63,303 nucleotides of DNA, filler included, from Hyphochytrium catenoides (GCA_900088475.1; 9 parts of 9 records of this genome joined end to end with filler, not necessarily neighbours in it); one strand, 5' to 3'; positions 50,207-62,678 are shown, counted from the first letter of the whole stretch. A program made the numbers and translations. The notes: generated by a model not told the origin, from the letters alone.

Positions 50207-50818
50207 CCCTCTCTCTCCCCGCTCTCTCACACTTTCAGTTTTTCTCCTCCTCTCTTCACATTTCCCTTCCTCTGTACAATCTTTTTCTCTTCTTCTCTCC
50301 CTCAACTTTCTGGACTCCGACTCGCTACCTTTTCTTCCCTCGCGCCTCTTTTCTCTCCCGTACTCTTTCACACTCTCTCTCTCACTCTCTCTCTCTCTCC
50401 CCTCATTTTTCTCCCTTCTCTCCACACCAAGGCTTACCTTCACGAACCAGGCGATGGTAGTCAGTCCAGAGGCAAAGGGAACAAAGCAAAGGAAAGGAAA
50501 GGCAAAGGCCATGAAAGCTAAACAGCCAGGATCCCGCGCCATGGCGTCCCACGTAGCGCTGGCCATCGCCAAGGGAAGACCGCCTAAGGTTATTGCTTGG
50601 AGCCAGAAGGGAGCGACAGTGAGCGGGTAGTGCCCCTGACGGCGATGGAGAAGACGCAGGAGAGGAAAGAAAGAGAGAAAGAGAAAGACATTGCAGAGGA
50701 TGGCCACCGGACCAGAGTAGATGAGAGGGTTGCCCGATGATGGGGAGAGAGAGGGAGAGAGAGAGAAAGAAGAGCTGTCTCCGTTGGGGACGCCACGGAA
50801 AGAGCCGTCTTTCTCCAT
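45970..50818 (-). CDS. 7TM-RGS protein with duplicated RGS core, exons 50818-50438, 49814-49590, 49211-49134, 48512-47928, 47439-45970 (~912 aa)
   Basis: All four introns are phase-0 GT-AG. TM region with RRQGHYPL and DQFKL; RGS motifs FRDHAIGEFCVESVLFL/QINIS, then KEFRVENTLFL, then AAQREVMKNLLEPFNR. Confidence 0.82.
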
Positions 50819-51139
50819 TGTCTCCTCTCTCTTATAAGAAGTTGTCAGTACTGGCTCTCTCTCTCTTTCTTTCTCCTTCCTCTCGCTGCGATAGCAGTCG
50901 TTTCTAGGGACGACACTCTGGCTTGATTCGTCCGGCTCACTCTTTTCTTGTCCTCTTCTCTCTCTTCGTTTTCTCTTCTCTTTTCATCCTTGAGAACCAG
51001 AAGAGTGTCCTCCTTCGGCTTAGGGGCCAAACGAAGTGGGAAAAGAGTAGAGAGGACGAACAGCAAGAAGGAGATTACGCGCGCGTGCGAGAGAGAGAGA
51101 GCCTGCAAGTTAGAGGGTGTTGGGAAGGGAGAGAAAACA

Positions 51140-51172
<33 letters not shown>

Positions 51173-51495
51173 TATCCGCGCCAGCATACACCACCGCGCC
51201 GCTTCAAAGCTTCTATACAGTCAAAGAGTTACTCAGTAACGGGCTCAGACAATATGAAGTCGGAGAGTAAAGCATGAGGCCTCCCTTGACGGAGAGAGAA
51301 AAAGAAGAGAAGAGAACAGAAGAGAGAGAGAGAGGTAGAGAGAGAGAGAAAGAGATTACTGCATACTCAGGTGAAGTCAGGTGCAAAGCGTAAGACGCGG
51401 TAATAGAGACCTCCGGGCAGGCCCACGCGTCCTCGGTGCAAGGATAGGAAAGCGGGCTTGGATCTCCTTAGGAGTTTCCTTTTGTAGCAGACAGC

Positions 51496-51573
<78 letters not shown>

Positions 51574-52141
51574 AAGAGAGCAAGAGAAGCCTGGGCCCAA
51601 ACAAGTTGGACGAAGTGAGAAGAAGAACAGGATGGGGCATGAAGGAAGACGAAGTGCGTGGAAGAGTGCTCTGCATTTATCACGGGCTCAAGAGCTTCCT
51701 TCCACTCTCTTCGGACAACTGTCTCTCTCTCTCTCTCTCTTCAGTCCTATCTCACCTCACACAGCCTTCTTTCCTCTCTCTCTTTCTCCTCCCCTTCCCT
51801 CTCTTTCTCTCTCACTCTCTGTCGCTGTCTGTCTGTGTGTCTGTCTGTCTCTCTGTCTCTCTCTCGTCTCGCTCTCTCTCTGTCTCTCTCTCTCTGTCTG
51901 TCTGTCTGTGCCTCTCTCTCTCTCTCTTTCGCTCTCTCTCTCCCGGTGGCCATCGTCCCATTCCTTTTCAGCGTTGATGTTGACGTTTGGGAAGCTCAAA
52001 GGCTAAGAAAGGAAGGGATGAAGCCGAATGACAAGGGGAAAAGACAAGAGGCAAGCCATGTAAAACGGAGAACAAGAGTACGAGACGACAAAGAGATTCT
52101 ACTGGTTCTCAAATAAAGAATGGAAGGCAGAAGATAGATTT

Positions 52142-52173
<32 letters not shown>

Positions 52174-53427
52174 CTGGCATTTTGCTGTGAGCGAGGATCA
52201 CTGAAGGACAATAAGAAGGGAGAGAGAAACCCGAGAAAAGACAGATAAGAGAGAGAGAGAGAGAGAGGCAAACAGACAGGCAGAGAGGCACACACAGAGA
52301 GAGAGAGCGAGAGAGAGAAAGAAGAGAGGAGAGAGGCAGGAAGAGAGGAGGGAGGGGCAAAGAGAGCAGAGAAGAGAGCAAGGAGAGGAGAGAGAGAAGG
52401 AGAGAGAGAGAAGGAAAGAGCACGCCAGAAGACCCGTATAGTCATATTTCAAATATATAATCCATTATCAGAGAAATAGGTTCTATTGCGTGCCTTGTTT
52501 GGAATGCGAGACGCCTCTAGGTGCCAGACCTGCAGGCTGTTTTCTACCAGTAACGTAACAGTAAAACGGTACTGCTAGGAGTTGTAACCGAAATGTACGC
52601 ACTCAACTCTCATGCCTCGTGGTAATAATAGTTCCGCAAAGGTAACATTCGCTTTGAGACGTCATTATGGGCTTCTTTCGGCGCACCTTTCAGCGCACCT
52701 TTCAGCGCATCTTTTCGGCGTATATATAGGAGGAGGGAGTCTCTTTTCTCTCTTTCTCTCTCTCTCTTTCTTTCTCAACCTAAGAGGTACAGTGGTAGTG
52801 CACCAGCCGGCAACGCGAGCAGCTAGGAACCAAGGTCAGAAAGCTCAAGGCTTGCCTCTAATAATCTCCAACCTGCTNNNNNNNNNNNNNNNNNNNNNNN
52901 NNNNNNNNNNNNNNNNNNNNNNNNNNNNNNNNNNNNNNNNNNNNNNNNNNNNNNNNNNNNNNNNNNNNNNNNNNNNNNNNNNNNNNNNNNACTGCGGACA
53001 AGCGCTGGCAGCAGGCATTCCTAGGAAGACAGGGCAGAGAGAGAACGAAAGAGAGAGTTACGTGGAGAGAACTACCGACAAATTATAAAGTTGTTACGGC
53101 TCGCTTTACATCTGCAACTGCAAAGCTCACCTTTCTCCCCGTCTTCTCCGTGCAGCAAAGCGGTTACGCCTTGATAATAGGAAGAGTCTGTCAAGCAACA
53201 GCTACAGAGAGAGACACACAGAGAGAGAGAGAGATAAACAGGGAGAAGAAGGCCTATGTGTCCGAGAAAAGCCACTTCTATATTTAGCGCCTCTCCACAA
53301 TCTGTCTTTTGCTGAACTAAGAAAGGGTCTGGTAGAGGTTGATGAGAAGCTTCAGGACCCGTAGGCATTTACACTAATGAGGGAGGAGATTGCCCCTGCT
53401 CCATACTCTTTTAGAAAAGAAGAGAGA

Positions 53428-53487
<60 letters not shown>

Positions 53488-55820
53488 GAGAGGGAGACAG
53501 ACTCAGAGACAGACTCAGAGACTCCGAGAGCGACAGAGAAGGGAAGGGATGTAGGGAGGTTAAGATGAAGGTGTCCGGGCTAGCTATCGTTGCTGCGTGT
53601 TCTTGTATGTCTTCGTTTCAGTAGGTACGCTTGTTACCCCTCGTCTTCAATGGGGAAGCAAGAGGTAACCCATCCTCCTCCTCTAGCCGCGCATTGACCT
53701 CTCTTCCTCCATTGGGTAGAGAGACAGAGAGAGAGAAAGAGAGCAGACTGCTGTCAACTTAGAGGCTATCTTCTAACTCTAAACTTGCAAAGAGCCAGAA
53801 TAGTGAACAGACCCAGCAAGACAAGGAGAGCAAATGATGCACGATCAAGAGCGAACAATCCAACAGCAGCTGGTAAGTCAGATTAAGATCTGTGGTCCAT
53901 TGGGTTCCCCGTCTGCTACTCTCCAAGGGAAGAACAATCAAGGAAAATGAGCGTCATCGACTGAAAAACTATGAAGAAGACCTTGCTTCAGCCAGTAGCT
54001 CTTACGGTTGCTCTATGAAGAAAGCTTTGAATAGAGCTCTTCCTTGGTCTTTTCGCCTCGGTTCACTCTCTATACCTCCGCGCATGCTTCTCTTGGCGCT
54101 CACGGTTGGTCGGGGCTGCTTGCTGTGGGCTGTGAACAACTAGGGACTGCGATGCGGCCGTCGATTCTCAGACAGAATGCCAGGCGTAGTAGGAGCAAGC
54201 AAGCTCCTAGTGATGTCCTCAGCTGAGAAGGAGGCGGAGGAAATCGCAGGAACGGTAGTGGAAGAGAGCATAATAGCAAGAAGAAGACAGCAAACTAGAG
54301 GAGGTAGACAACAAAGAAGGTATGCATCTTGGTCAAGGTATAACAGCATTGCTCTCTGACTGGCGCACATGATGCGTCCTGGAACGCCGGCGTTACTCTT
54401 CCTAACCCGATTGCCTATTATCAGCCAGGTCTTGCGTTCCTCCTGACAAGAGTTTACCATGATCGGTGGCTGGAATCCTAGCTTCAGACTGGCGCCATGA
54501 ACTAGGTTATATATCTTCGGCACGGCCAAATTGCATGGGAAACACGGTTCAATGTACACTGCGGATGTTATATGTGTATACGCCGTGAAGTTGTGCCATA
54601 TATTCCTCTGAACTACAAGCTCTCGCTTTATCTCTTGGAGCTAGCGCTGAGGCTAGGAGGTGGATAGGAGAATGCGCTGGCGGAGTGCCGCGGCCTTCAG
54701 AGGAACTAGCCGACGAGGATGGGCTATCAGCGTAGCGCTTACTACTACGAAGGAGGCTGCTCTCATCTCTAGTCCTATCCCTTCTGTCCCTCTTTCGCTC
54801 TCTGCTCCTCCCTGAGATCGGCTTGCTTTTGCTACCCATGCTAGTCAGTCAATAAAGTTCGATCTAAGAAAAAAGTCCTTTAGAGTAGAAGTCACACTCT
54901 GCGAAGCTTTGTCGGAGCTGCGGCCTGGCAGCCCAAGCGAAGACTTCGCTAAACACATTGACTCACTCTTTTTCTGTACCACAGCGGAGAAAGAAAGTTG
55001 GTGATGGGTAGTAGGGAGATTAGCCCGTCCAATGCTTTGCTTCTATGATGATGATCGGGTCCGCCAAAGAAGAAGCTGCGGCCAAGCGCCTGACTGCATC
55101 ATCTTCTTAGCTCATGAAATCATTAGAACCTTCTTTTGCTGCCTTCACACGCCTCTTATGTATGGTCAAGACAAGCCTAAGAAGACTGGTGCAGATCTTC
55201 ACGGCGTTTGGGCGCAAAATGAAGGAGGGAGCGGCTGCCAGCAAGGATCATCAAAAATCTATAGGTTCTTATACAGAAAACAGCACTACTTTCTTTATTA
55301 GGCAACCTTCAAACAAAAGTTTGTAACGGATCATTTGTAGTTATCAAACCTTTCCTGGTGAGGAAAGATTAAAAATACTTCAGGAAGAAGAGATCGTCTA
55401 TTCGTAATCAGTAGTAAGTATGTGACGTTATCTATGATTCTTACCGTAGACGGTATGTACACTGGATCTCATGATGGGACTTGAAAGCCCCCGCCCGCCC
55501 CTTCTGTAAGAGGCGTTTTTCCTTACTATTTCTCTCTCTCTCTCTCTCACTCTCTCTCTCTCTCCTCTTCTCCCCCTTCTCTCACGTGTCTCTCTCTCTC
55601 TCTCTTGTCTCTCTCTTCTCTCTCTCTCCTGTCTCTCTCTTCCTCTCTCTTTCTATCTATCTTCTTCCGCTTCTCTTTTCCCTCCTCATCCCTCCTTTGT
55701 CCATTGCCTCTGTCTCCTTTCAACAAATACGGTTTTCTTCCCGTTCTCTCTCCCATCTGTTCAAAAGTCTGTCCTTCCTCTGCCTTAACGCTCGTTCTCT
55801 TTCCTCTCTCTCTGTCACTC

Positions 55821-55857
<37 letters not shown>

Positions 55858-56008
55858 TCCGACTCCATACCAGGAATGAAACCATCCGGTCTTATATTGC
55901 GGACGCACTACTTTCCGTACTGTCCAACTGCCTCTTCTTCTTCCGTCCACATCTGTCCAGGATGCTCACCACCACCACATGCTCCTGGGGCCAGGGGGAA
56001 TGATTGTG

Positions 56009-56048
<40 letters not shown>

Positions 56049-56723
56049 CGTTTGCGAACCGGCAAGCAAAGCGAGAAGGGCCCCTTTCTCTCTCTTCATA
56101 CTACGGGTTGGCCTGCCGTCTCTCCTCCTCTCCTCTTTCCCCAATTTTCTTTTTCTTCAGCTTTTTACTCCCTGTTTTCTCTCTCTCTCTCTCTCCTCCC
56201 AACAGCCATTCGAGGACAAAAGAAGAGAGATTGACTGATAATGCAAATAAAGTAAAAGGCTACTGAACAGAGAGGAATAGGGAAACAGAGAGAAAGCTGG
56301 AGAAGAGAGGTCAGGGAAGAAGAGGAGAGAGAGAACAAAATGAAATGAGGAAGACAGAGAATTAAAGTGAGGAAGAAAAGAGAAACGAAAAGAGAAAGAG
56401 AGAGAGAGTGGTCTCTCCTCATTGCAAAGACGGCAAAAGCTCTGGTCAACCTTTCTCTTTGTTGCCACCAAGCACTGTCCTTTAATGATAGCCAGAGCCT
56501 GGTAGCTAAAAGAAGAGAAGGTTCAGACAAGTCCAGGACAACCGAGAGAGAGAGTACGAATGAGAGAGAGAGAGAGAGAACAAGAAGGAGGGGAAGAGAG
56601 AGATTACCGGAGAGACAGCAGTAAGAGGCCAGTGTAGGGTGTGAGGCCCATTAGGAAGGAAGGTGGCAGAAGGGGAAGAGAGAGAGAAAAGGAAAGAGAG
56701 AGAGAGAAGAGAGAAGCGACATC

Positions 56724-58775
56724 ATGGCCCTTTCTTCTTCTTCACTCTCTCCTCCTCCATCCTCTTCCTCTGCTGTTGCTACTTCCTGCTCCATTGCACT
56801 CCAACCTCTTTCTCTCTTTCTCAAGACCAACCCAGAGCTGGACGAACTGGCGATAAGCTATCTTGTTGAAACAAAGAGAGAGATAGAACGAGTCCTTCTT
56901 CTCTTCACCGTCTCTCCTCCATCATCGGGAGGAGAAACGTCGGCCAAACGAGGAGGAGAAAAGAGAGAGAGAGAAAGAAGAACCGAAGAGAAAGAGAGAG
57001 AAGAAGAGAGAGACCGTGGCAAGGCTCAGCGGAGCATCCTCTTCCTCCATCCACTGGAACAAAGGACCCACCACCACGAGACAGAGGAGCAAACAGAGGA
57101 AAAAAGTCAAGCAGTAAGCAGAGGAAGAGACAGAAGAGAGGACCTCAGGAGAGAAGAAGAGACAGATGCTCCAGGAGACATCGGACAAGGAAGATCGCCG
57201 CCCAAAGGAAACACCTCAGCCGAAGAGAGAGAGAAACAACCTCAATCCTCTCTTCCTTGTCTCCTCTCTTCCTCTCCTCCTCCTCTTCCCTCATCAGCCC
57301 AAAAACCCGCTCAACCACTTTCTCCTCTTCTTGCTCCCCCTGCCTCTTCTCTCCCTTTCTCTCCAATAACCTCTCCATCTTCTCCTGCCACGATGATGTC
57401 TCTCTCCCCTATTACTCCTGGCGCAACCACCACAGCGCCGTCTTTCTCCCCCACACCCAGCGGGTGTCTCTCTCCTGCCATCACCTCTCTCTCTCCTGCC
57501 GTCACCTCTCTCTCTCCTGCCATCACCTCTCTCTCTCCTGCCATCACCTCTCTCTCTCCTGCCATCACCTCTCTCTCTCCTGCCATCATCTCTCTTTCTC
57601 CTGCCACCATCACGTCTCTCTCTCCTGCCACCATCACGTCTCTCTCTCCTGCCATCACAACCTCTCTCTCTCCTGCCACCATCACCTCTCTCTCTCCTGC
57701 CATCACCACCTCTCTCTCTCCTGCCACCATCACCTCTCTCTCTCCTGCCCCACCGCCCATCCTAAGCCTGACAACAAAGAAGAAGCCAGCATCCAGCGCC
57801 ACGACGAGAAGAAGAAAGAGACGCGCTTTAGCTGCCGTTCTGCCCTACATTGAGCTCACAGAAGAAGAGACACGGACAACGCTAATGTCCAAGTACATCG
57901 GAGAGCGCTTCTCTCGCCGCTGGTTCCTCTTTAAAAGACGGGTTATGCCCTTTGCCGCGCTCTATCTTGGCGCTTCTTGCTCTTTTGCTCTGGCTGAGCT
58001 CGTGATCGGGCCCATAGAAATCTACGGGATCCTGGTTTATCCATTGTTAATCTTCCCTACGCTGATCTGGATCTTCCTGAACAGCGCGTCGTTGATGAAT
58101 CTCTTCATGCTGAAGCTTTGTATGGAGACCGTGGACACGCTTCTCTTTATCTTTGAAGTCTTTCTCTTCGCTGTCTCTCTCTGGGGCGCGCTCTGCTTCA
58201 GTTTCTGGGGCTTTATGTTCAGCTTCGCCACGGCGTTTGGCAGCTGTCTCTTCATTCTTTTTTATGACACTTTCCCTGCCGCTGTCCGGCGGGGCATCCG
58301 AGGAACCTTGCTCTTCACTTTCTTAGGCTTTGCGGCGCTGTTGACCATCCTTTATACGCAGAATCTCAAGGGAGAGACGATCTGCTTCCAGGATCGCTTT
58401 GACCTCCGTCGAGGAAAGATTCTCTCAGGAAAAGACTGGGAAAGTATGGCAGCAGCAGCAGTAGCCGGGGAAAAAGAAGAAGAAGAAAAGGGAAGAGAGA
58501 GCGCGTGGAGCTTCTCTATCTTGGAGTTCTGTCTCAATCGTGGCCTGACGCTGATGATTTTGATGGTGAAGATGATCTACTTTGCACTGAAGAACCCTCA
58601 GAACTGCGTCATTCTGAGGTCTCGTCTGCGCCTAATGGAAGTGACTGCTCCTGAAGAGAGAAGCGAAGAAGAAGACGAAAGTGGAAGAGAGAAAGTACAA
58701 AGGTCTCTCCTTCTCTCTCTATCAAAAGTGGCGGAAAGGCTTTCTTCGCCCTCCGTAGTGCATCCTGAAAATTAG
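56724..58775 (+). CDS. Orphan membrane protein (683 aa): disordered N-terminus with SP repeats, about 6-7 TM helices in the C-terminal half
   Basis: ATG-initiated uninterrupted ORF; hydrophobic helices from ~57945 to 58590. Confidence 0.75.
   Translation: MALSSSSLSPPPSSSSAVATSCSIALQPLSLFLKTNPELDELAISYLVETKREIERVLLLFTVSPPSSGGETSAKRGGEKRERERRTEEKEREEERDRGKAQRSILFLHPLEQRTHHHETEEQTEEKSQAVSRGRDRREDLRREEETDAPGDIGQGRSPPKGNTSAEEREKQPQSSLPCLLSSSPPPLPSSAQKPAQPLSPLLAPPASSLPFSPITSPSSPATMMSLSPITPGATTTAPSFSPTPSGCLSPAITSLSPAVTSLSPAITSLSPAITSLSPAITSLSPAIISLSPATITSLSPATITSLSPAITTSLSPATITSLSPAITTSLSPATITSLSPAPPPILSLTTKKKPASSATTRRRKRRALAAVLPYIELTEEETRTTLMSKYIGERFSRRWFLFKRRVMPFAALYLGASCSFALAELVIGPIEIYGILVYPLLIFPTLIWIFLNSASLMNLFMLKLCMETVDTLLFIFEVFLFAVSLWGALCFSFWGFMFSFATAFGSCLFILFYDTFPAAVRRGIRGTLLFTFLGFAALLTILYTQNLKGETICFQDRFDLRRGKILSGKDWESMAAAAVAGEKEEEEKGRESAWSFSILEFCLNRGLTLMILMVKMIYFALKNPQNCVILRSRLRLMEVTAPEERSEEEDESGREKVQRSLLLSLSKVAERLSSPSVVHPEN
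57467..57749 (+). repeat. Coding minisatellite, six 21-bp then six 24-bp units (SPAITSL / SPATITSL)
   Basis: Tandem tctctctctcctgcc(acc)atcacc units, all frame-preserving. Confidence 0.92.
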
Positions 58776-59012
58776 ATTGTTAATGAGAACGCTTTCTTGC
58801 TGCTGGCTCAGGATCGCACAGCTCCCAATCCTCGATGGGAGAGAGACGAGAGGCAGAGAGAAGAAGACGGAAACACGGCAAAGAGAGGCAGACAGAGAGA
58901 GAAAGGTCAGAGACCTGGGAGAAGGAGGCCGAAGAGCGACAACCAATTGGGAGAGGAGCCAAAGAGAAGAAACGAAAAAGAGTAAGCTCCCCATCTGCTT
59001 CTTAGCGTATGA

Positions 59013-59048
<36 letters not shown>

Positions 59049-59558
59049 AAAAGAGAACAAAGAGAGGTTCTCCTCTTCTATCCGCCGGTCCGCGGGCTAT
59101 TAGGACTGGCAAATTCAGTGTCTCGCTAAGAAAAAAGCATTGCGTCTGGCGGGTCTGCCGCAGTGATGGAGCTGTTGATAATAACAGGAAAAGACCACTG
59201 CGTAGGAAACGGAACAAACAAGCGGCATGTCCTTTTCCTCTCTCTTTCCTCTCTCTTTCCTCTTCCATTGCTTTCTCTTCTCTCCCATACTCTCTCGCTC
59301 TCGTCCTTGTTTTTTCTCTCTTCTCTTGTTGCTCCTTCTTCTCTTGCTCTTTTTCTGTCCGTCGTTGCGGCCTTTTATGTTTTATACTAGTCTCCGCCGC
59401 TACCTAGCATGCTCCCTAATATCTAATCTATGGACATAAAAGTCCGAGCGTTCTTCTCCTCTGCTAATGAGTTCATTGATGGCGCCCATGGCTGACCAAC
59501 CAAGGAGCTGATGAGAGTAAACGTAAACCTGGAGTAGAGGAGGGTCGCATCTGTCTCT

Positions 59559-59592
<34 letters not shown>

Positions 59593-60118
59593 GCTCTGTT
59601 TTTGTCTCTCTCTTTCTTTCCTTCTTTCTTTGTGTGTGTCTCTCTCTCTCGCTCTCTCTCTCTTTCTTTCTCTATTTTTTTCTCTCTCTCTTTCTATTTT
59701 TCTAAAACCCCTATCATCTATCTCTCATTTCCTCTTTCTCTCCACCACGACAATTGGACGGTTGGACCACTTCTCAACATCATCAGCCTTCTTCTCCTCC
59801 AAGAGACTGCCTCCTTAGTACGACGACGCCTTCTCTCTCCTCTCACGCCATCATCATCCCATGAAGAAGATACAGATTACTTCTCTCCAGTTGCCTGCTG
59901 ATCCTGAGCTTTATCAGCCAACCACAGCCCTGACGGCCGCTGCATCCTCAGAGAGGAAACAATAGCATAGGCAAGTGTTCCTCTATCTTTGGGAGGAGCG
60001 AGGACAATGTTCTCCTTCATGTCGGTCAGGGAAAGAAAGTGACAGGTTATGTTTATCCAGTGGACTTACTGTCGACTATTGGGAGGAAAAGAGAGAAGAG
60101 AGAGAAAGAGAGAGAGGA

Positions 60119-60149
<31 letters not shown>

Positions 60150-60160
60150 GAGAGAGAGAA

Positions 60161-60194
<34 letters not shown>

Positions 60195-60355
60195 CTTTAA
60201 ACCAATGCAACGTTCTAGGTTAACAGCGAGGTTTATTTATATGCAATGGATCAGACATCTCTATGGATCTGACCACATATAATAGTTAAGGGGAAGAGAG
60301 AAAGAAAGAGATGAGAAAGTAAGAGAGAGACTCTTTGCATCTCTCTCTCTCTCTT

Positions 60356-60499
60356 TTAGAAGGCGTAGGTGACTATCCAGGACATGAAAGCAGAGAAGAG
60401 ACCTGCAGAGGGCACCGTGATGACCCAGGTGAGGACAATCTTCCCTACCAGGCTCCATTGCACCTTACGTACACCGAAAGCAGCGATACCAATGCCAAT
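60356..60499 (-). CDS. PiT/PHO4-family (SLC20-like) phosphate transporter, extreme C-terminal fragment
   Basis: Not in the ORF track. The reverse strand reads IGIGIAAFGVRKVQWSLVGKIVLTWVITVPSAGLFSAFMSWIVTYAF*, the characteristic V.W....KI...WV.T.P.AG ending of PiT transporters. Confidence 0.85.
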   Translation of the reverse strand: MGIGIAAFGVRKVQWSLVGKIVLTWVITVPSAGLFSAFMSWIVTYAF

Positions 60500-60599
60500 N
60501 NNNNNNNNNNNNNNNNNNNNNNNNNNNNNNNNNNNNNNNNNNNTTAATTAATTAANNNNNNNNNNNNNNNNNNNNNNNNNNNNNNNNNNNNNNNNNNNN
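60500..60599. other. Artificial contig spacer
   Basis: 44 N + TTAATTAATTAA + 44 N. Confidence 0.97.
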
Positions 60600-61243
60600 A
60601 GAGAGAGAAAAGAGTCGTGCCCAGTGCTGAGTGTAGCTGCTGGAGTTGAAGCCACAGTCGTACTTCCTCTCTCCCCACAGCTCTCCCCTCTCAACCTTCA
60701 AACCCACCTACACATGTAAGACTCACAACCCCTTTCTATTTTCTACACCCTAATTACATAGTTGAGAAGGCATCCAAACCCAGTTTAACACTTTTCTAAC
60801 ATCATTGTTGAGTGAACTCTGTCTCGCAGGGCTGTCTCTCTCACAGAAGGGATAGGGCCAGCAAATCCTCAGCCCATCCGGTGGAAAAAACCAGGTAAAG
60901 CGAAAGGTAACGCATGCAGACCCACACACACACATCAAACACAACAACATAGTAAACTCATTGACCATTGTTATAACCTATGTCTACCTAACCCATTGTC
61001 CTAGCACAGGAGCTAACCTGTTGCGCACGGCGTGTGTTTGCTTGATAGGTGTTTATTAGCCTTTTCCAGTTACATCACATGGCTTTGTTGCCTACGTTGA
61101 AGGTTTCACAACGCAACAATAAAGATTATGGAGTTACTACCAGGACCCGCAATATTCCCTTGTCTTAAGGGAAAGAACGGAATCTTTCAGGGAGTTGCTA
61201 TGTACGCTTTTTCCTGATCTTCACCCACTAAAAATAGGCGAAC

Positions 61244-61297
<54 letters not shown>

Positions 61298-61507
61298 GCA
61301 TAGAGTGAAGAGTAGCAAGCATAAAAGACATGGATGAATGGGTCTTCTCTCTCTCCCCTTAGTCTCTAGACGTGGACTCCAAACCTCATCCTTCTTCTTC
61401 TCCATGTAACGAACAGCCACGGGCCCACAGGCTCTTCGTGCCTTGAAGAGGCATCCTCTCCCACAACAGGGAGAGAGCTACAAGGTGCCAAGAGATAGAT
61501 AGATAGA

Positions 61508-61541
<34 letters not shown>

Positions 61542-61884
61542 AGAGCCATGGCGAAGAGAGTCTTAGGAACAGAAATGCACCAACGTAAGTCTTGTTGCAA
61601 GGTTCTTCTATCATCATAGAACTACGGGGATTGCAGCGAAGAGGAGAGGCTAGGAGCATGATTAAAAAGGCAAGGGAACACAGAAGAGAGAGAGAGAAAA
61701 AGAGAGAGAGAAAGAGAGAGCAGAGAGAGAGGAGAGAGCGTCGTCTTGTTGGGGGTAGAACAAGCAGAGAGAGGGGAACAGAATAGAGCTTAGGGAGTAC
61801 GGAACTAGGGGAGAGAGAGAGAAGGGGCGGAGGGGCAGGGTGTAACATTTATGGGAATATTATTTATGGCGGAAGGAAAACGGG

Positions 61885-61984
61885 NNNNNNNNNNNNNNNN
61901 NNNNNNNNNNNNNNNNNNNNNNNNNNNNTTAATTAATTAANNNNNNNNNNNNNNNNNNNNNNNNNNNNNNNNNNNNNNNNNNNN
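61885..61984. other. Artificial contig spacer
   Basis: 44 N + TTAATTAATTAA + 44 N. Confidence 0.97.
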
Positions 61985-62048
61985 GAGAGAGAGAGAGAGG
62001 AAAAGGGATCCAGTCCTCTCTGGTTTGTTGAGAAATAGAAGTACATCT

Positions 62049-62540
62049 TTAAACCTCATGCCGCTGCTCTGGAGGAGATATGTCAGACTTCAGCCCAACT
62101 GCACCGGGTACCGCGTCCTGCTCGCTGCAGCCTCCTGGAAACTCTCTCGAAGCGGTAAGTCTTCTGAGTCCTTGGCCGTTCGGACGTGAAGAATCTAGAA
62201 GAACTCTAAGTTCTCCTTTATCCTCATCAATCCCTGTGACCGTTGCGAACGTTCCAATTGCGATATCCTTGGGGAAGGCCGGCTGCGACACACTTTCCCA
62301 TAGCTCTGACGGTGAAGACTACTCTCGCCCCAATCCGTGGCTGAAGCTTGTTGGACAGCAAATTGGTCTCTGCTGAGCACGTATCCAGATCTATCCGAGT
62401 CTTTATTATGTCATTGGGTCCGAGGACGGTTGAGCTCCAGTCAATGGAGTTCAGAGTTATCGCGGCGTCACCTGCTTTTGAGGCGGTGTGGATGTTGAGA
62501 GCCATCAGATTCAGAGTATCCCTTGCAGGAAGCTTCACCA
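62049..62540 (-). pseudogene. Fragment of a PIF1-like/Helitron-type helicase (2A/2B region), frameshifted
   Basis: DTLNLMAL...ITLNSID...NKLQPRIGARVVFTVR...GLP/KDIAIGTFATVTGID resembles the Pif1 pattern 'N...L...D...L.LK.GA.VM...N....NGT...V'. One extra C at 62271-62274 shifts the frame. Confidence 0.5.
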
Positions 62541-62678
62541 TCTGAGAGCGATGAGGATATCCTTTGTGGATGCTTCTGCAAGGGATACTCTGAATCTGAT
62601 GGCTCTCAACATCCACACTGCCTCAAAAGCAGGTGAGGCCGCGATAACTCTGAACTCCATTGACTGGAGCTCAACCGT
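62426..62678. repeat. Near-perfect inverted repeat, 103-bp arms (62426-62528, 62576-62678), 47-nt loop
   Basis: Arms are reverse complements with two mismatches. Confidence 0.95.

Noticed and set aside
52674-52720. 12-bp tandem repeat (gcgcacctttca)
   Set aside because: Only three to four copies with no spacers or associated feature.
53759-55326. Short ORFs (e.g. MGSKSKP...) in a microsatellite-poor island
   Set aside because: No recognisable homology and no phase-consistent splicing found.
4442-61940. Recurrent TTAATTAATTAA palindrome as a biological repeat or CRISPR-like element
   Set aside because: It is always centred in exactly 44+44 Ns, so it is an assembly spacer.
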